DNA of 32,000 nt from Pasteurella multocida (GCF_900187275.1 NZ_LT906458.1:1920001-1952000), one strand, 5' to 3'; counted from the stretch's first letter, positions 10,976 through 21,205 are shown. The notes: generated from the sequence alone by a model not told the origin. Made by a program: numbers and translations.

Positions 10976-11551
10976 TTGAAAATTTTTGGTGCGATGTATG
11001 ATAAAACGATGGCTTGGTCAAAGCATCGTTATGCCACATTTTTTTTAGCGTTGACGAGTTTTATTGAGGCGATTTTTTTCCCGATTCCGCCGGATGTGAT
11101 GTTGATTCCCATGTCAATGTCTCAACCACAACGTGCCTTGAAACTGGCGTTTTATACGGCAGTTGCTTCTGTATTAGGTGGTGTGATTGGTTATGGTTTA
11201 GGCTATTATGCTGTTGATTTTGTGCAATATTATGTCCAGCAATTTGGTTACCAACAACATTGGGAAACTGCGATTTCATGGTTTGAGAAATGGGGTATCT
11301 TAGTGGTTTTTGTGGCAGGTTTTTCGCCGATTCCTTATAAGGTTTTCACCATTTGTGCAGGCGTGATGCAAATGCTGTTTCTCCCATTTGTGCTGACGGC
11401 ATTTATTTCGCGTGCAGCACGTTTTATTTTGGTAGCAAAACTTGCTGCATGGGGTGGCGAAAAATTTGCGGATAAGTTGCGCCGTTCTATTGAATTGATT
11501 GGTTGGTCTGTCGTGCTGATTGCCGTTATCGCGTATTTAATTTTAAGATAA
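10976..11551 (+). CDS. YqaA family inner membrane protein (DedA/SNARE-associated superfamily)
   Basis: MKIFGAMYDKTMAWSKHRYATFFLALTSFIEAIFFPIPPDVMLIPMSM. Multiple TM segments. Confidence 0.85.
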   Translation: MKIFGAMYDKTMAWSKHRYATFFLALTSFIEAIFFPIPPDVMLIPMSMSQPQRALKLAFYTAVASVLGGVIGYGLGYYAVDFVQYYVQQFGYQQHWETAISWFEKWGILVVFVAGFSPIPYKVFTICAGVMQMLFLPFVLTAFISRAARFILVAKLAAWGGEKFADKLRRSIELIGWSVVLIAVIAYLILR

Positions 11552-11564
11552 GGTAAAGTAAAAA

Positions 11565-11726
11565 ATGAATAAATTACTTTTCTTGTTGTCTATGCTTTTA
11601 GTGTTAAGTGCTTGTACAACAAACATTCAAGATGAAAATGCATTAAGCCCGGGGATCATGGAGGCCGTGGCTGGCACTGGAGCTGTTGAGGGTGGCAGTT
11701 GGTTACCTGAAATAATAAAACATTAA
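11565..11726 (+). CDS. Small lipoprotein (53 aa) resembling the NlpD N-terminus
   Basis: MNKLLFLLSMLLVLSACTTNIQDENALSPGIMEAVAGTGAVEGGSWLPEIIKH*, with lipobox LSAC. Below the ORF-track length cutoff. Confidence 0.75.
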   Translation: MNKLLFLLSMLLVLSACTTNIQDENALSPGIMEAVAGTGAVEGGSWLPEIIKH

Positions 11727-11763
11727 TTTAAGTATTCAGAGATAAGAAAGAGGAAACTAGCAA

Positions 11764-13155
11764 ATGAAAAAGTCGTTTTTACTGTTGCCAATCAGTGTTG
11801 CCGTATTGGCTGCCTGTAGTTCAAATACGCCTGCGCCGGTAGAGAGTGCAGATGGCAGTTTATCGCCGGGGATGATGCAACCCGTTGATGCATCAAGTGG
11901 TGGCACATGGGAGCCACAAATTCAACAACAAAATACCATGCCAGCGGGAATGGATCAGTCCGTCTATTCTCCTTCTACCTCGCAACCAAGTTTGCCAGTA
12001 AGCCATCAACCAACACCGCCGACATCATCTTCTTTCGATATTCCGCGTAAACCGGTCACCGGCGAACCAGATTACAGCAAAATTGCCAGAGGCTCTTATC
12101 AAGGTGAAAGCTATATGGTGCGTAAGGGCGACAGTATGTATTTGATTTCTTACATTTCCGGTTTAAGTATCAAAGAGATCGCTGCGTTAAATAATCTATC
12201 AGAGCCTTATACTTTAGCGACAGGACAAGTGTTAAAACTGTCGAATAAAGTGTCAACAACCTCTACCATGTCACCTTCAACCGCGGTAGGAGAGGTAGGT
12301 ACAAATGTAAAGCCGACAACACAACATTTTGAGATCCCGCGTAATCCAGCGGATAACCGCCCGGATTATAGCAAGATCGATAAAGGTTTTTATAAAGGGG
12401 AAACTTATACGGTGCGTAAAGGCGATACAATGTACCTCATCGCCTATATTTCAGGCTTAGATGTCAAAGAATTGGCATCATTAAACAATATGTCTGAACC
12501 TTATCGTCTAAGTGTTGGGCAAACCTTACGTGTGTCGAATGGACGTGTGGCAAGCACCTCTTCACAACCTGTGACGGTACCCGTTTCACAACCGAAGAGC
12601 AATGAAGTAACCTATACCCCGGGTCCACATGGTACACAATACGGTTCGGATGGTACTATCATTGGACCAATTAAATCAGGTGTCAGTTCCGCCCCTGTTC
12701 CAGTCCAACCTGAACCAGTGGTTAAGCCTGTTGAAAGCACGTCTGTACCTGTGCCAAGCACGAGCAGTAAACACATGGTTTCGAATGTAACTTGGCAATG
12801 GCCAACCAAAGGCAATATTGTACAAGGCTTTTCAACCGCAGACGGTGGCAATAAAGGGATTGATATTGCTGGTTCACGTGGTCAAGCGGTGAATGCTGCC
12901 GCCGCAGGCAGAGTGGTTTATGCGGGTAATGCATTACGTGGTTATGGCAATTTAATTATCATTAAACACAATGATGACTATTTAAGTGCCTATGCTCACA
13001 ATGAAAGTATTTTAGTTAAAGATCAGCAAGAAGTTCGTGCGGGTCAACAGATTGCCAAAATGGGTAGCTCTGGTACCAATAGTGTCAAACTTCACTTTGA
13101 AATTCGCTATAAAGGCAAATCAGTTGATCCAACCCGTTATTTGCCAAAACGTTAA
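11764..13155 (+). CDS. nlpD: Lipoprotein NlpD/LppB: lipobox, two LysM domains, C-terminal M23 (LytM) domain
   Basis: Lipobox LAAC; two LysM units (YMVRKGDSMYLISYISGL and YTVRKGDTMYLIAYISGL); LytM region GNKGIDIAGSRGQAVNAAAAGRVVYAGNALRGYGNLIIIKHNDDYLSAYAHN. Confidence 0.94.
   Translation: MKKSFLLLPISVAVLAACSSNTPAPVESADGSLSPGMMQPVDASSGGTWEPQIQQQNTMPAGMDQSVYSPSTSQPSLPVSHQPTPPTSSSFDIPRKPVTGEPDYSKIARGSYQGESYMVRKGDSMYLISYISGLSIKEIAALNNLSEPYTLATGQVLKLSNKVSTTSTMSPSTAVGEVGTNVKPTTQHFEIPRNPADNRPDYSKIDKGFYKGETYTVRKGDTMYLIAYISGLDVKELASLNNMSEPYRLSVGQTLRVSNGRVASTSSQPVTVPVSQPKSNEVTYTPGPHGTQYGSDGTIIGPIKSGVSSAPVPVQPEPVVKPVESTSVPVPSTSSKHMVSNVTWQWPTKGNIVQGFSTADGGNKGIDIAGSRGQAVNAAAAGRVVYAGNALRGYGNLIIIKHNDDYLSAYAHNESILVKDQQEVRAGQQIAKMGSSGTNSVKLHFEIRYKGKSVDPTRYLPKR
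12034..12249 (+). repeat. First copy of 72-aa LysM-containing module in nlpD
   Basis: FDIPRKPVTGEPDYSKIARG...ATGQVLKLSNK. Aligns without gaps to the second copy. Confidence 0.85.
12328..12543 (+). repeat. Second copy of 72-aa LysM-containing module in nlpD
   Basis: FEIPRNPADNRPDYSKIDKG...SVGQTLRVSNG. By hand alignment 46 of 72 residues are identical to copy one. Confidence 0.85.
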
Positions 13156-13189
13156 TTCTCTGACGTTTTGACGTCACAATAGTGAAGAA

Positions 13190-13220
13190 CTGCATCGGAT
13201 ATCCGATGCAGTTTTTTTTA
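13190..13220 (+). terminator. Rho-independent terminator of nlpD
   Basis: Perfect inverted repeat CTGCATCGGATATCCGATGCAG followed by a T run. Confidence 0.9.
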
Positions 13221-13221
13221 T

Positions 13222-13656
13222 TTATATTTCTAACCAGAACGTGACAGGACCATCATTGGTTAGGCTGACTTGCATATCTGCGGCAAATTGCCCACTGAAA
13301 GTTGGAATTTTTTCACCGCACTTTTTGACCACATAGTCGTATAATGCTTCTGCCATATCAGGGCTTGCGCCACGCGAAAAACTTGGACGCAACCCTTTTT
13401 GTGTATCAGCTGCTAGGGTAAATTGTGAAACGACTAATACTTGTCCCTTGACTTGTTGCACATTTAAATTCATTTTGCCTTCTGCATCGCTAAACACACG
13501 ATAATTCAGCACTTTCTCAATCAAGCGATCTGCTTTGACGTGGTCATCGTCTTTTTGCACACCCAGTAGCACCAATAAGCCATGCCCAATTTCGCCTACT
13601 GTTTGCTTATCCACGTCCACTTTCGCTTGGCTGACACGTTGAATTAATGCAATCAT
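13222..13656 (-). CDS. dtd: D-aminoacyl-tRNA deacylase
   Basis: [37 protein letters not shown]...[10 protein letters not shown]...GPVTFWLE. Confidence 0.97.
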   Translation of the reverse strand: MIALIQRVSQAKVDVDKQTVGEIGHGLLVLLGVQKDDDHVKADRLIEKVLNYRVFSDAEGKMNLNVQQVKGQVLVVSQFTLAADTQKGLRPSFSRGASPDMAEALYDYVVKKCGEKIPTFSGQFAADMQVSLTNDGPVTFWLEI

Positions 13657-14603
13657 CCTTGTTTCTCCAATCGTTGTTTTTGCTGAGTTATTTCTGTTTT
13701 GAGTGTTTGTTCTGTTTTTTCCATTTTTTGTTGTAACGCGGGATCGTGTGTATCTGCTGCGACAAGCTCTTCAACACGGATTTTACCTTGCGTACATAAG
13801 GTGTAATCGGCAAGCACAGATGCTAATTGTGCACCAATTAAAATGACGACCCAGCTTAATTGAATCCACAATAGCATGATGGGTAAGGTTGCCATTGCAC
13901 CATAAATCAGTTGATAGGACGGGAAGGTGGTGACATACCAAAGGAAAGCTTGTTTCCCTAATGTGAAGAATACGGCTGCGACGAGTGCGCCGATGGCAGA
14001 GTGCATAATTTTGACTTTTTTATTCGGGACGACCGTGTAAATCAAGGTGAAAATTAACCAAGTTAAAAAGAACGGCACAAAACTCAATATTTTTAAACCG
14101 AATGGCAAGGAAATATTTTCATTCAACATAGCAGCAATGTAAGAACTTACACCGATACTTGCCCCAATTAATAATGGACCTAAAGTCAAAATGAGCCAAT
14201 AAATAGCAAATGAAAAAACGAGGGGGCGAATAGTCGTATCATGCCAAATCGAATTGAGCGTACGATCAATGGAGTTAATCAGCATTAATGCCACCACGAC
14301 CAAACTGATCACACCAACTGCGCTCATTTGTTTAGAGTTACTCACGAACTCATCAATATATTGTCCGACCATATCACTGGCTTGTGGTGCAAAGTTATTG
14401 AAAATAAAACCTTTTAATTCATCAGTAACTTCATTAAAAACCGGAAAGGCGGAGAAGACTGAAAAGACGACCATGACTAACGGAACCAAGGCGAGCATAG
14501 TGCTGTAAGTTAAGTAGCCAGCTGCTTGGCTTAATTTGTTTTGTTGAAAACGAAGCCAAAATAATCTTAAAAAAAGTCCAGCGTTTTTTAAAACGTTGTT
14601 CAC
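13653..14603 (-). CDS. yihY: YihY/BrkB family inner membrane protein
   Basis: [74 protein letters not shown] start at 14603 behind GGAGG, giving a GTGA overlap with the ychJ stop. Confidence 0.9.
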   Translation of the reverse strand: MNNVLKNAGLFLRLFWLRFQQNKLSQAAGYLTYSTMLALVPLVMVVFSVFSAFPVFNEVTDELKGFIFNNFAPQASDMVGQYIDEFVSNSKQMSAVGVISLVVVALMLINSIDRTLNSIWHDTTIRPLVFSFAIYWLILTLGPLLIGASIGVSSYIAAMLNENISLPFGLKILSFVPFFLTWLIFTLIYTVVPNKKVKIMHSAIGALVAAVFFTLGKQAFLWYVTTFPSYQLIYGAMATLPIMLLWIQLSWVVILIGAQLASVLADYTLCTQGKIRVEELVAADTHDPALQQKMEKTEQTLKTEITQQKQRLEKQG

Positions 14604-15073
14604 AGTAAACCTCCACAACAATGTTTAAATTTTTTATTTGAGCCACACAGGCAAGGTTGTTTCATATTCGGTAATGTCACCGTGGGATCGACAAAATACC
14701 AACGTTGTGCAATGTTCACAAATAAAGAGATTTCATGATGCACTTGTGTTTGATTTTGTTGAGCAAAGAAAGCCTTAAATTCGACTTGGCTATGTGTTTT
14801 AGACAGGGAGACATGTTGTAAAATGTCGAGTCCAACCCAAGTTGTCTTGTCCGCCCAGTCTTGTAATGCGGCGACGGGCAACAATGCTTGTTGGTTTGGC
14901 ACAGTAGTTTGCACAATGTAATCAATATTTTTCAAGGCATACGCGGCATAACGGGAACGCATCAATAACATCGCATTAGCAGGAAATTGTTGCTGTTGAT
15001 GATATGGCTGACAACAGGCTTGATAGGGTTGTCCCGATTGACAGGGACAAAGTGCGGTTAATTTTTCAGTCAT
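14600..15073 (-). CDS. ychJ: YchJ family protein (UPF0225) with N- and C-terminal SEC-C motifs
   Basis: [13 protein letters not shown] at the N-terminus and [13 protein letters not shown] at the C-terminus; central [16 protein letters not shown]. Confidence 0.88.
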   Translation of the reverse strand: MTEKLTALCPCQSGQPYQACCQPYHQQQQFPANAMLLMRSRYAAYALKNIDYIVQTTVPNQQALLPVAALQDWADKTTWVGLDILQHVSLSKTHSQVEFKAFFAQQNQTQVHHEISLFVNIAQRWYFVDPTVTLPNMKQPCLCGSNKKFKHCCGGLL

Positions 15074-15166
15074 TTTTACAGAGTCATCGTTATTTCAAGC
15101 TAAACTTATTACCAAGCGCTTTTTATTTGAATAATGTTTTATTCAATCAGTTGAAGCGTTTTATCT

Positions 15167-15799
15167 TTACACTGTGGGGAATAAAGTGATGCCATAATGT
15201 ATCAAGCTAATTGCGATTGCCCACATAATTACCCCAATCACCAAATCCAAAATTCGCCATGTTACTGGTCGTTGGAAAAATCGGCTTAATAAGCGTGCGC
15301 CATAGCCCAAGCTAAAAAACCAAAGAGCCGATACTAACAAGGCACCAACCAGAAAAAACAGCTTCTCGTCAAAAGCAAGTGTGCCGGCAATACCACCAAT
15401 AATGACCACAGTATCTAAATAGACATGTGGATTTAAGAGTGTAATCAGTAGGGTAGCAATGATCGCATGCAAGGTGGTTTGTGGTTGTTTATCCGCTTTT
15501 GCTAATTGTAATGACGCGTTGCCTCGATAAGCAGATAAAAAGGCTTTTAAACCATAAATCAATAAAAAACCACCTCCGACAAAGGCTAAGGCGACAGTTG
15601 CCATAGTGCTTTGGCTGATTAGGGAACCTAATCCCAATACCCCTAAGGAAATTAATACAATATCGCAGAAAAAACAGGTTAAAATCACAGCCAGAATATT
15701 CTGTTTAAGTAATCCCTGTTTTAATACAAAGGCATTTTGCGCCCCAATGGCGATAATCAACCCCGCCGTCACAAAAAAGCCTTGTAAAAGGTGTTCCAT
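15167..15799 (-). CDS. argO: LysE/ArgO family amino acid exporter
   Basis: MEHLLQGFFVTAGLIIAIGAQNAFVLKQGLLKQNILAVILTCFFCDIVLISLGVLGLG, LLNPHVYLDTVVIIG. Start corrected from 15847 to 15799. Confidence 0.85.
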   Translation of the reverse strand: MEHLLQGFFVTAGLIIAIGAQNAFVLKQGLLKQNILAVILTCFFCDIVLISLGVLGLGSLISQSTMATVALAFVGGGFLLIYGLKAFLSAYRGNASLQLAKADKQPQTTLHAIIATLLITLLNPHVYLDTVVIIGGIAGTLAFDEKLFFLVGALLVSALWFFSLGYGARLLSRFFQRPVTWRILDLVIGVIMWAIAISLIHYGITLFPTV

Positions 15800-15899
15800 A
15801 AAGAATTTCCTTAATAATTCAAACATAAAGTAGTACACTAAACGCAATATTTTCTCTTTGCAAGTGTTTAATTTAACAACTTGTTTACCAGTGAGGTCA

Positions 15900-16574
15900 A
15901 TGATGAAACCCTATTTAATTGCCCCTTCAATCTTATCTGCGGATTTAGCCCGCTTAGGCGAAGATGTTGAGCAAGTATTAACGTGCGGTGCAGATGTGAT
16001 TCACTTTGATGTAATGGATAATCATTATGTGCCCAATTTAACCTTTGGTCCTGCCATTTGTCAGGCATTACGTCATTATGGTATTACAGCACCGATTGAT
16101 GTGCATTTAATGGTCAAGCCAGTGGATCGTCTTATTCCTGATTTTGCGAAAGCCGGTGCCAACTACATTACTTTTCATCCTGAAGCCACGGAGCATATTG
16201 ATCGTTCTTTACAACTGATTCGGGATTGTGGTTGTAAATCAGGTTTAGTCTTCAATCCAGCCACGCCATTAAGCTATTTAGATTATGTAATGGATAAAGT
16301 GGATGTCATTTTACTTATGTCAGTCAATCCGGGTTTTGGCGGACAATCTTTTATTCCTAGCACCTTAGATAAATTACGCGAAGCTCGTCAGCGTATTGAC
16401 GAAAGTGGTTTTGACATTCGTTTAGAAGTGGACGGTGGCGTAAAAGTTAGCAATATTGCGGATATCGCAAGAGCGGGTGCGGATATGTTTGTGGCGGGAT
16501 CGGCAATTTTTGATCAGCCAGATTACCAAAAAGTGATCGATGAAATGCGTCAACAATTGGCGACAGTAGAATAA
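15900..16574 (+). CDS. rpe: ribulose-phosphate 3-epimerase
   Basis: [51 protein letters not shown]. Start corrected from 15858. Confidence 0.97.
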   Translation: MMKPYLIAPSILSADLARLGEDVEQVLTCGADVIHFDVMDNHYVPNLTFGPAICQALRHYGITAPIDVHLMVKPVDRLIPDFAKAGANYITFHPEATEHIDRSLQLIRDCGCKSGLVFNPATPLSYLDYVMDKVDVILLMSVNPGFGGQSFIPSTLDKLREARQRIDESGFDIRLEVDGGVKVSNIADIARAGADMFVAGSAIFDQPDYQKVIDEMRQQLATVE

Positions 16575-16602
16575 CTAACTTAATAGAAAGTGCGGTATAA
16601 AA

Positions 16603-17277
16603 ATGACACAGTTTAAACTCATTGGTTTTGATCTCGATGGCACCTTAGTCAACAGCTTGCCTGACTTGGCGCTATCGGTAAATTCTGCTTTTGCGGAGTT
16701 TGATTTACCCCAAGCACCAGAAGACTTGGTGCTGACTTGGATTGGTAACGGTGCGGATATTTTAATTGCGCGTGCTCTGGCATGGGCGAAGGCTCAAACG
16801 GGGAAAACCCTGAATGATGAACAAATTAAAGCGCTTAAGCGACGTTTTGGGTTTTATTATGGTGAAAACCTGTGCAACTTGAGTGTACTGTATCCAAATG
16901 TTAAATCCACTTTAGAAACGTTGAAACAAAAAGGCTATCTTTTAGCAGTGGTGACGAATAAGCCAACCAAACATGTGCAACCGGTTTTGCAAGCCTTTGG
17001 TATTGATCACTTATTCAGCGAACTTTTAGGTGGACAATCTCTGCCCGCGATTAAACCTCACCCCGCACCGCTGTATTATTTATGTGGTAAATTTGGTTTA
17101 TACCCAAAACAGGTGCTCTTTGTGGGGGATTCCAAAAATGATATTTTAGCCGCACATACTGCGGGTTGTGCTGTGGTTGGCTTAACCTACGGCTATAACT
17201 ACAATATTCCCATAGCAGAATCCAAACCAGATTGGGTGTTTGATGATTTTGCACAGATTTTGACGATTTTAGAATAA
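16603..17277 (+). CDS. gph: phosphoglycolate phosphatase (HAD family)
   Basis: FKLIGFDLDGTLVNSLPDLALSVNSAF, VVTNKPTKHVQPVL, FVGDSKNDILAAHTAGC. Lies between rpe and trpS. Confidence 0.94.
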   Translation: MTQFKLIGFDLDGTLVNSLPDLALSVNSAFAEFDLPQAPEDLVLTWIGNGADILIARALAWAKAQTGKTLNDEQIKALKRRFGFYYGENLCNLSVLYPNVKSTLETLKQKGYLLAVVTNKPTKHVQPVLQAFGIDHLFSELLGGQSLPAIKPHPAPLYYLCGKFGLYPKQVLFVGDSKNDILAAHTAGCAVVGLTYGYNYNIPIAESKPDWVFDDFAQILTILE

Positions 17278-17286
17278 GGAACAACG

Positions 17287-18288
17287 ATGAGTAAACCTGT
17301 TGTATTAAGTGGCGTACAGCCTTCTGGCGAACTGACGATTGGCAATTATCTTGGCGCATTACGCCAATGGGTCAAGATGCAAGATGATTATGAATGCTTA
17401 TTTTGTATTGTTGATTTACACGCTATTACTGTCCGTCAAGATCCTGAAAGCTTACGCAAAGCCACCCTTGATGTGTTAGCGTTATATTTAGCCTGTGGCA
17501 TTGATCCGGAAAAAAGCACTATTTTTATCCAATCCCATGTGCCAGAACATACACAACTGGCTTGGGTGCTTAACTGTTACACCTATTTTGGTGAAATGGG
17601 GCGCATGACCCAATTTAAAGATAAATCGGCGCGCCATGCGGAAAATATCAACGTCGGCTTATTTACTTACCCCGTGTTGATGGCGGCAGATATTTTGTTA
17701 TATCAAGCTAACCAAGTGCCTGTAGGGGAAGACCAAAAACAACATTTGGAAATTACTCGTGATATCGCTAATCGTTTTAACGCACTATATGGCGATTTAT
17801 TTGCGGTACCAGAACCCTTTATTCCTAAAGCAGGCGCGCGCGTGATGTCATTGCTTGAGCCTGAAAAGAAAATGTCGAAATCAGATGAAAACCGCAATAA
17901 CGTGATCGGCTTATTGGAAGATCCGAAAGCTGTCGCGAAGAAAATCAAACGTGCGGTAACTGACTCTGATGAGCCTCCAGTAGTCCGTTATGATGTGCAA
18001 AACAAAGCAGGCGTATCGAACTTGTTAGATATTCTTTCTGGTGTCACTGGTAAATCTATCGCGGAATTAGAAGCGGAGTTTGAAGGCAAAATGTATGGGC
18101 ATTTAAAAGGGACTGTGGCGGATGAAGTCTCCGCGATGCTCACCACCTTACAAGAACGTTTCCACCACTTCCGCAACAACGAAGCACTCCTTAACGACAT
18201 TGCTCGTGAAGGTGCACAAAAAGCACGTGAACGTGCCAAAGCCACCTTAGATGCTGTTTACCAAGCTGTGGGTTTTGTGTCTTTGTAA
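17287..18288 (+). CDS. trpS: tryptophanyl-tRNA synthetase
   Basis: [43 protein letters not shown]. Confidence 0.98.
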   Translation: MSKPVVLSGVQPSGELTIGNYLGALRQWVKMQDDYECLFCIVDLHAITVRQDPESLRKATLDVLALYLACGIDPEKSTIFIQSHVPEHTQLAWVLNCYTYFGEMGRMTQFKDKSARHAENINVGLFTYPVLMAADILLYQANQVPVGEDQKQHLEITRDIANRFNALYGDLFAVPEPFIPKAGARVMSLLEPEKKMSKSDENRNNVIGLLEDPKAVAKKIKRAVTDSDEPPVVRYDVQNKAGVSNLLDILSGVTGKSIAELEAEFEGKMYGHLKGTVADEVSAMLTTLQERFHHFRNNEALLNDIAREGAQKARERAKATLDAVYQAVGFVSL

Positions 18289-18311
18289 TCAATGAGCTAA
18301 TTTTTATCTAA

Positions 18312-18338
18312 ACCGCACATCATGTGCGGTTTTTTTAT
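18312..18338 (+). terminator. Rho-independent terminator of trpS
   Basis: ACCGCACATCATGTGCGGTTTTTTT. Confidence 0.85.
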
Positions 18339-18396
18339 AAATAAATTGAATGTTATTTATTTACCTCTTGCATTTCTCTTCAGATATGGTTAGATC

Positions 18397-18415
18397 GTTA
18401 ATGATTTTCATTATC
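18397..18415. promoter_or_regulatory. Fur box (GTTAATGATTTTCATTATC)
   Basis: 16 of 19 match to the Fur consensus GATAATGATAATCATTATC, about 30 bp upstream of the TonB receptor ATG. Confidence 0.8.
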
Positions 18416-18446
18416 ATTTAATAAAATGTAATTTCATGGAGAACTT

Positions 18447-20993
18447 ATGCAAAAACAGCAACCTTATCCCATTCACCTTGGGATTTTTTTGATGTTGGGT
18501 TTACCAACATGGGCGTTCAGTCAAGCTAATTTAGAGAAATCAACAATCAATAAATTGGAAACGATTTTGGTCAATGAGAGTGAAGAGAAAAATAAATTCG
18601 ATGAGAATTTGATCAAAACTTATCTGTCTTCGGGTTCTTATTCTTATTTATCGCAATCGGATATCAGTACGTTCAGAGGTAGCTCGGTAGGGGATTTCCT
18701 CTCTGGTGTGCCAGGAGTTATTGTGGGAAATAAGCGTAATAGCGGCGCTTTATCTGTTAATATTCGAGGAATTGCGAATGAAAATCGTGTGCCTGTTTGG
18801 ATAGATAAAGGTCTACAATCGGTACCCTCCTACCAAGGTTATGCAGGTTCTTCAACTCGAACCTATTTAGATCCCGATTTGATCAGCCAAGTCGAGATTG
18901 AAAAAGGTCCCTCTTTGCAAATGGACGCAACAGGCGCGACGGGAGGGGTAGTGAGAGTAGAGACTTTACGTTGGCAAGATATTATTCCTCAAGGGAAAAA
19001 TTGGGGCGTGCGTTTGAAACTAGGGACGATGACTAACACCGTATCACCTCCCCCTTATTATACAAGAGGAGGATATCAAACTAAGTATATTAGTAAATGT
19101 CTTTCTAATCATACCGGCTTATGTCAAACACAAACATATGCACCAAATGCACGTTATTCTTCTCATGGTTTTGATTTGAATGCATACAATTATAGCCTGG
19201 CTTTTGCTAATAAATGGCAAAATGCTGATCTTGTACTTGCGTATGCAAAACGTAAACAGGGCAACTATTTTGTTGGGCGTCATGGACAAACCCCAGTGAT
19301 TGAATCCATTGAATTTGAGGAAGATTCAGTAGAAGTCAAAGAGCCTCGCGTTCATGAAGATGTTGAGATTGGTTCATTAACATTTAAAGAAAATCGCAGC
19401 ACCTTATACCGACCGGGTGAAGAAGCCCTGAATACCTCACAAGATAATACCTCTTATCTCGCTAAAATAAATGTCTACAATGATGTTCATCGTTTAGGGT
19501 TAGCGTATCGCCATTATCATAGCCGTTTTGGTGAGATTATGAGCTCAATTTTGAATTTCAGAGCGTATGGCGCATTGCAAGGTGAAGGGACAGAAGTCAA
19601 AGTCGATAGCTATCATGCAAATTATAGCTATAACCCAACGACACCTTATGTGAATTTGAGTGTTAATGCATATTTTACTGACAGTGATTCGTCTAATTTT
19701 ACCCCATTTATTGAAGAATATGGTTACTCTTTATCCAGTCGTCATGCCCATTTTCTGGTTTCTAAGCAGAAAGGGTTAAGTATTGAAAATACTAGCATTT
19801 TCCAGCTTAACGACAAACCGTTTACTTTAAAATATGGTCTTGCGCATAGTTATGAACGGATTTATCAACCACGTAATGCTCAAGCACGTGTGAGAGCTAA
19901 AGGGTATCCAGAAGATGCGATTGGTCCACTTTATATTCGAGATGGTAAACGTAAAGAATGGAGCGCTTTTGTTGCTGCGAACTATCCAATCACTTCGTGG
20001 TTAAAAGCCGACATCGGGCTACGTTATCTTCAATCTACTATTTATGATTATATTGTGAGAACGGAAAGAGTGAATATTGGAGGGGCACTTGTGCCTAATC
20101 CAAATGGATCCGGTAATATTTGGGTGGAAAAATATAAAGATGTTGTGCATAAACAGGCGCCAGTGAAAAATAAAGGCATGTCGCCAATTGTGATGTTCAC
20201 ATTTGAACCTATTAACGGAGTACAAATTTATACGAAATATGCAGAAGCATTGCGTTCGCCAAGTTTATTCCAAGCAACTAAAGGCTGGTCCATGAGTGCG
20301 ACGGCAGATAATCTAGAACAATTGAGACCTGAACGAGCCAAAAATTGGGAGGCGGGTATTAACTTGTTTTATGAAAATCTAGGTGGTAAGGACAATATTC
20401 TTGGTTTTAAATTGGCGTATTTTAATAATAGGATAAAAGATTATTTGACGCGGAGTTATTCGCCTAAAGATAAGGTGACGCAGACAATTAATATACAAAG
20501 TGCACAATTTAAAGGGATTGAGTTATCAGCGTATTATGATATGGGGAAATTTTACGCAAAATTAGCTGGTACATATTACACAAAAACGAAATTTTGTTTA
20601 ACAGCAGAACAAGCAGGCAAAGGAGAGCAATGTAATTCAGGTTATGTATATCGTAGTAATTTAAATAATGCCGTTCCTCCGCGTTTAAATTTACATGCGA
20701 CTTTAGGAACCCGTTTGTTTGAACAAAAACTCGATATTGGTGCGCGCTATAGTTACTACAGTAAGCGATTAGTACCAGTGCTTTCTGCAGAACGTTTTGT
20801 TAACACATCAAGTATTGAGTGGGCGCCTTATTCCTTAGTAGATTTATATGCCAATTACAATGTGTCTAATAACCTAAAACTTACGATGACCATGGATAAT
20901 GTGTTTAATCGCTATTATTTAGATATCAATAATATGGGATTAAATACCGCACCGGGTAGAACATTGCATTTAGGATTAGAATATCGGTTTTAG
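18447..20993 (+). CDS. TonB-dependent outer membrane receptor, probably heme/hemoglobin uptake (possibly HasR-like)
   Basis: 848 aa. Plug domain VGDFLSGVPGVIVGNKRNSGALSVNIRGIANENRVPVWIDKG...QVEIEKGPS; C-terminal barrel ending LGLEYRF; preceded by a Fur box. The exact ligand class is inference. Confidence 0.85.
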   Translation: MQKQQPYPIHLGIFLMLGLPTWAFSQANLEKSTINKLETILVNESEEKNKFDENLIKTYLSSGSYSYLSQSDISTFRGSSVGDFLSGVPGVIVGNKRNSGALSVNIRGIANENRVPVWIDKGLQSVPSYQGYAGSSTRTYLDPDLISQVEIEKGPSLQMDATGATGGVVRVETLRWQDIIPQGKNWGVRLKLGTMTNTVSPPPYYTRGGYQTKYISKCLSNHTGLCQTQTYAPNARYSSHGFDLNAYNYSLAFANKWQNADLVLAYAKRKQGNYFVGRHGQTPVIESIEFEEDSVEVKEPRVHEDVEIGSLTFKENRSTLYRPGEEALNTSQDNTSYLAKINVYNDVHRLGLAYRHYHSRFGEIMSSILNFRAYGALQGEGTEVKVDSYHANYSYNPTTPYVNLSVNAYFTDSDSSNFTPFIEEYGYSLSSRHAHFLVSKQKGLSIENTSIFQLNDKPFTLKYGLAHSYERIYQPRNAQARVRAKGYPEDAIGPLYIRDGKRKEWSAFVAANYPITSWLKADIGLRYLQSTIYDYIVRTERVNIGGALVPNPNGSGNIWVEKYKDVVHKQAPVKNKGMSPIVMFTFEPINGVQIYTKYAEALRSPSLFQATKGWSMSATADNLEQLRPERAKNWEAGINLFYENLGGKDNILGFKLAYFNNRIKDYLTRSYSPKDKVTQTINIQSAQFKGIELSAYYDMGKFYAKLAGTYYTKTKFCLTAEQAGKGEQCNSGYVYRSNLNNAVPPRLNLHATLGTRLFEQKLDIGARYSYYSKRLVPVLSAERFVNTSSIEWAPYSLVDLYANYNVSNNLKLTMTMDNVFNRYYLDINNMGLNTAPGRTLHLGLEYRF

Positions 20994-21013
20994 TTCATAA
21001 GTCATTCACACAC

Positions 21014-21055
21014 ATCACCGCACTTTACTTTGATAAGGTGCGGTGATTTTTTTCT
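21014..21055 (+). terminator. Rho-independent terminator containing a DNA uptake signal
   Basis: ATCACCGCAC...GTGCGGTGAT followed by TTTTTTTC. Confidence 0.85.
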
Positions 21056-21205
21056 TTCTTTTGAAATGTCGGCTATTATTAGGCATGTTTGAATTAATTA
21101 AAAAATTTATTGTCAAACACACGGCATGAGCACCAAATTACACAATGTATAATGCGTTTTGGGCTATGTTATCTCTTTATAGTTTTAGGTTAAAAGGAAA
21201 GTGCG

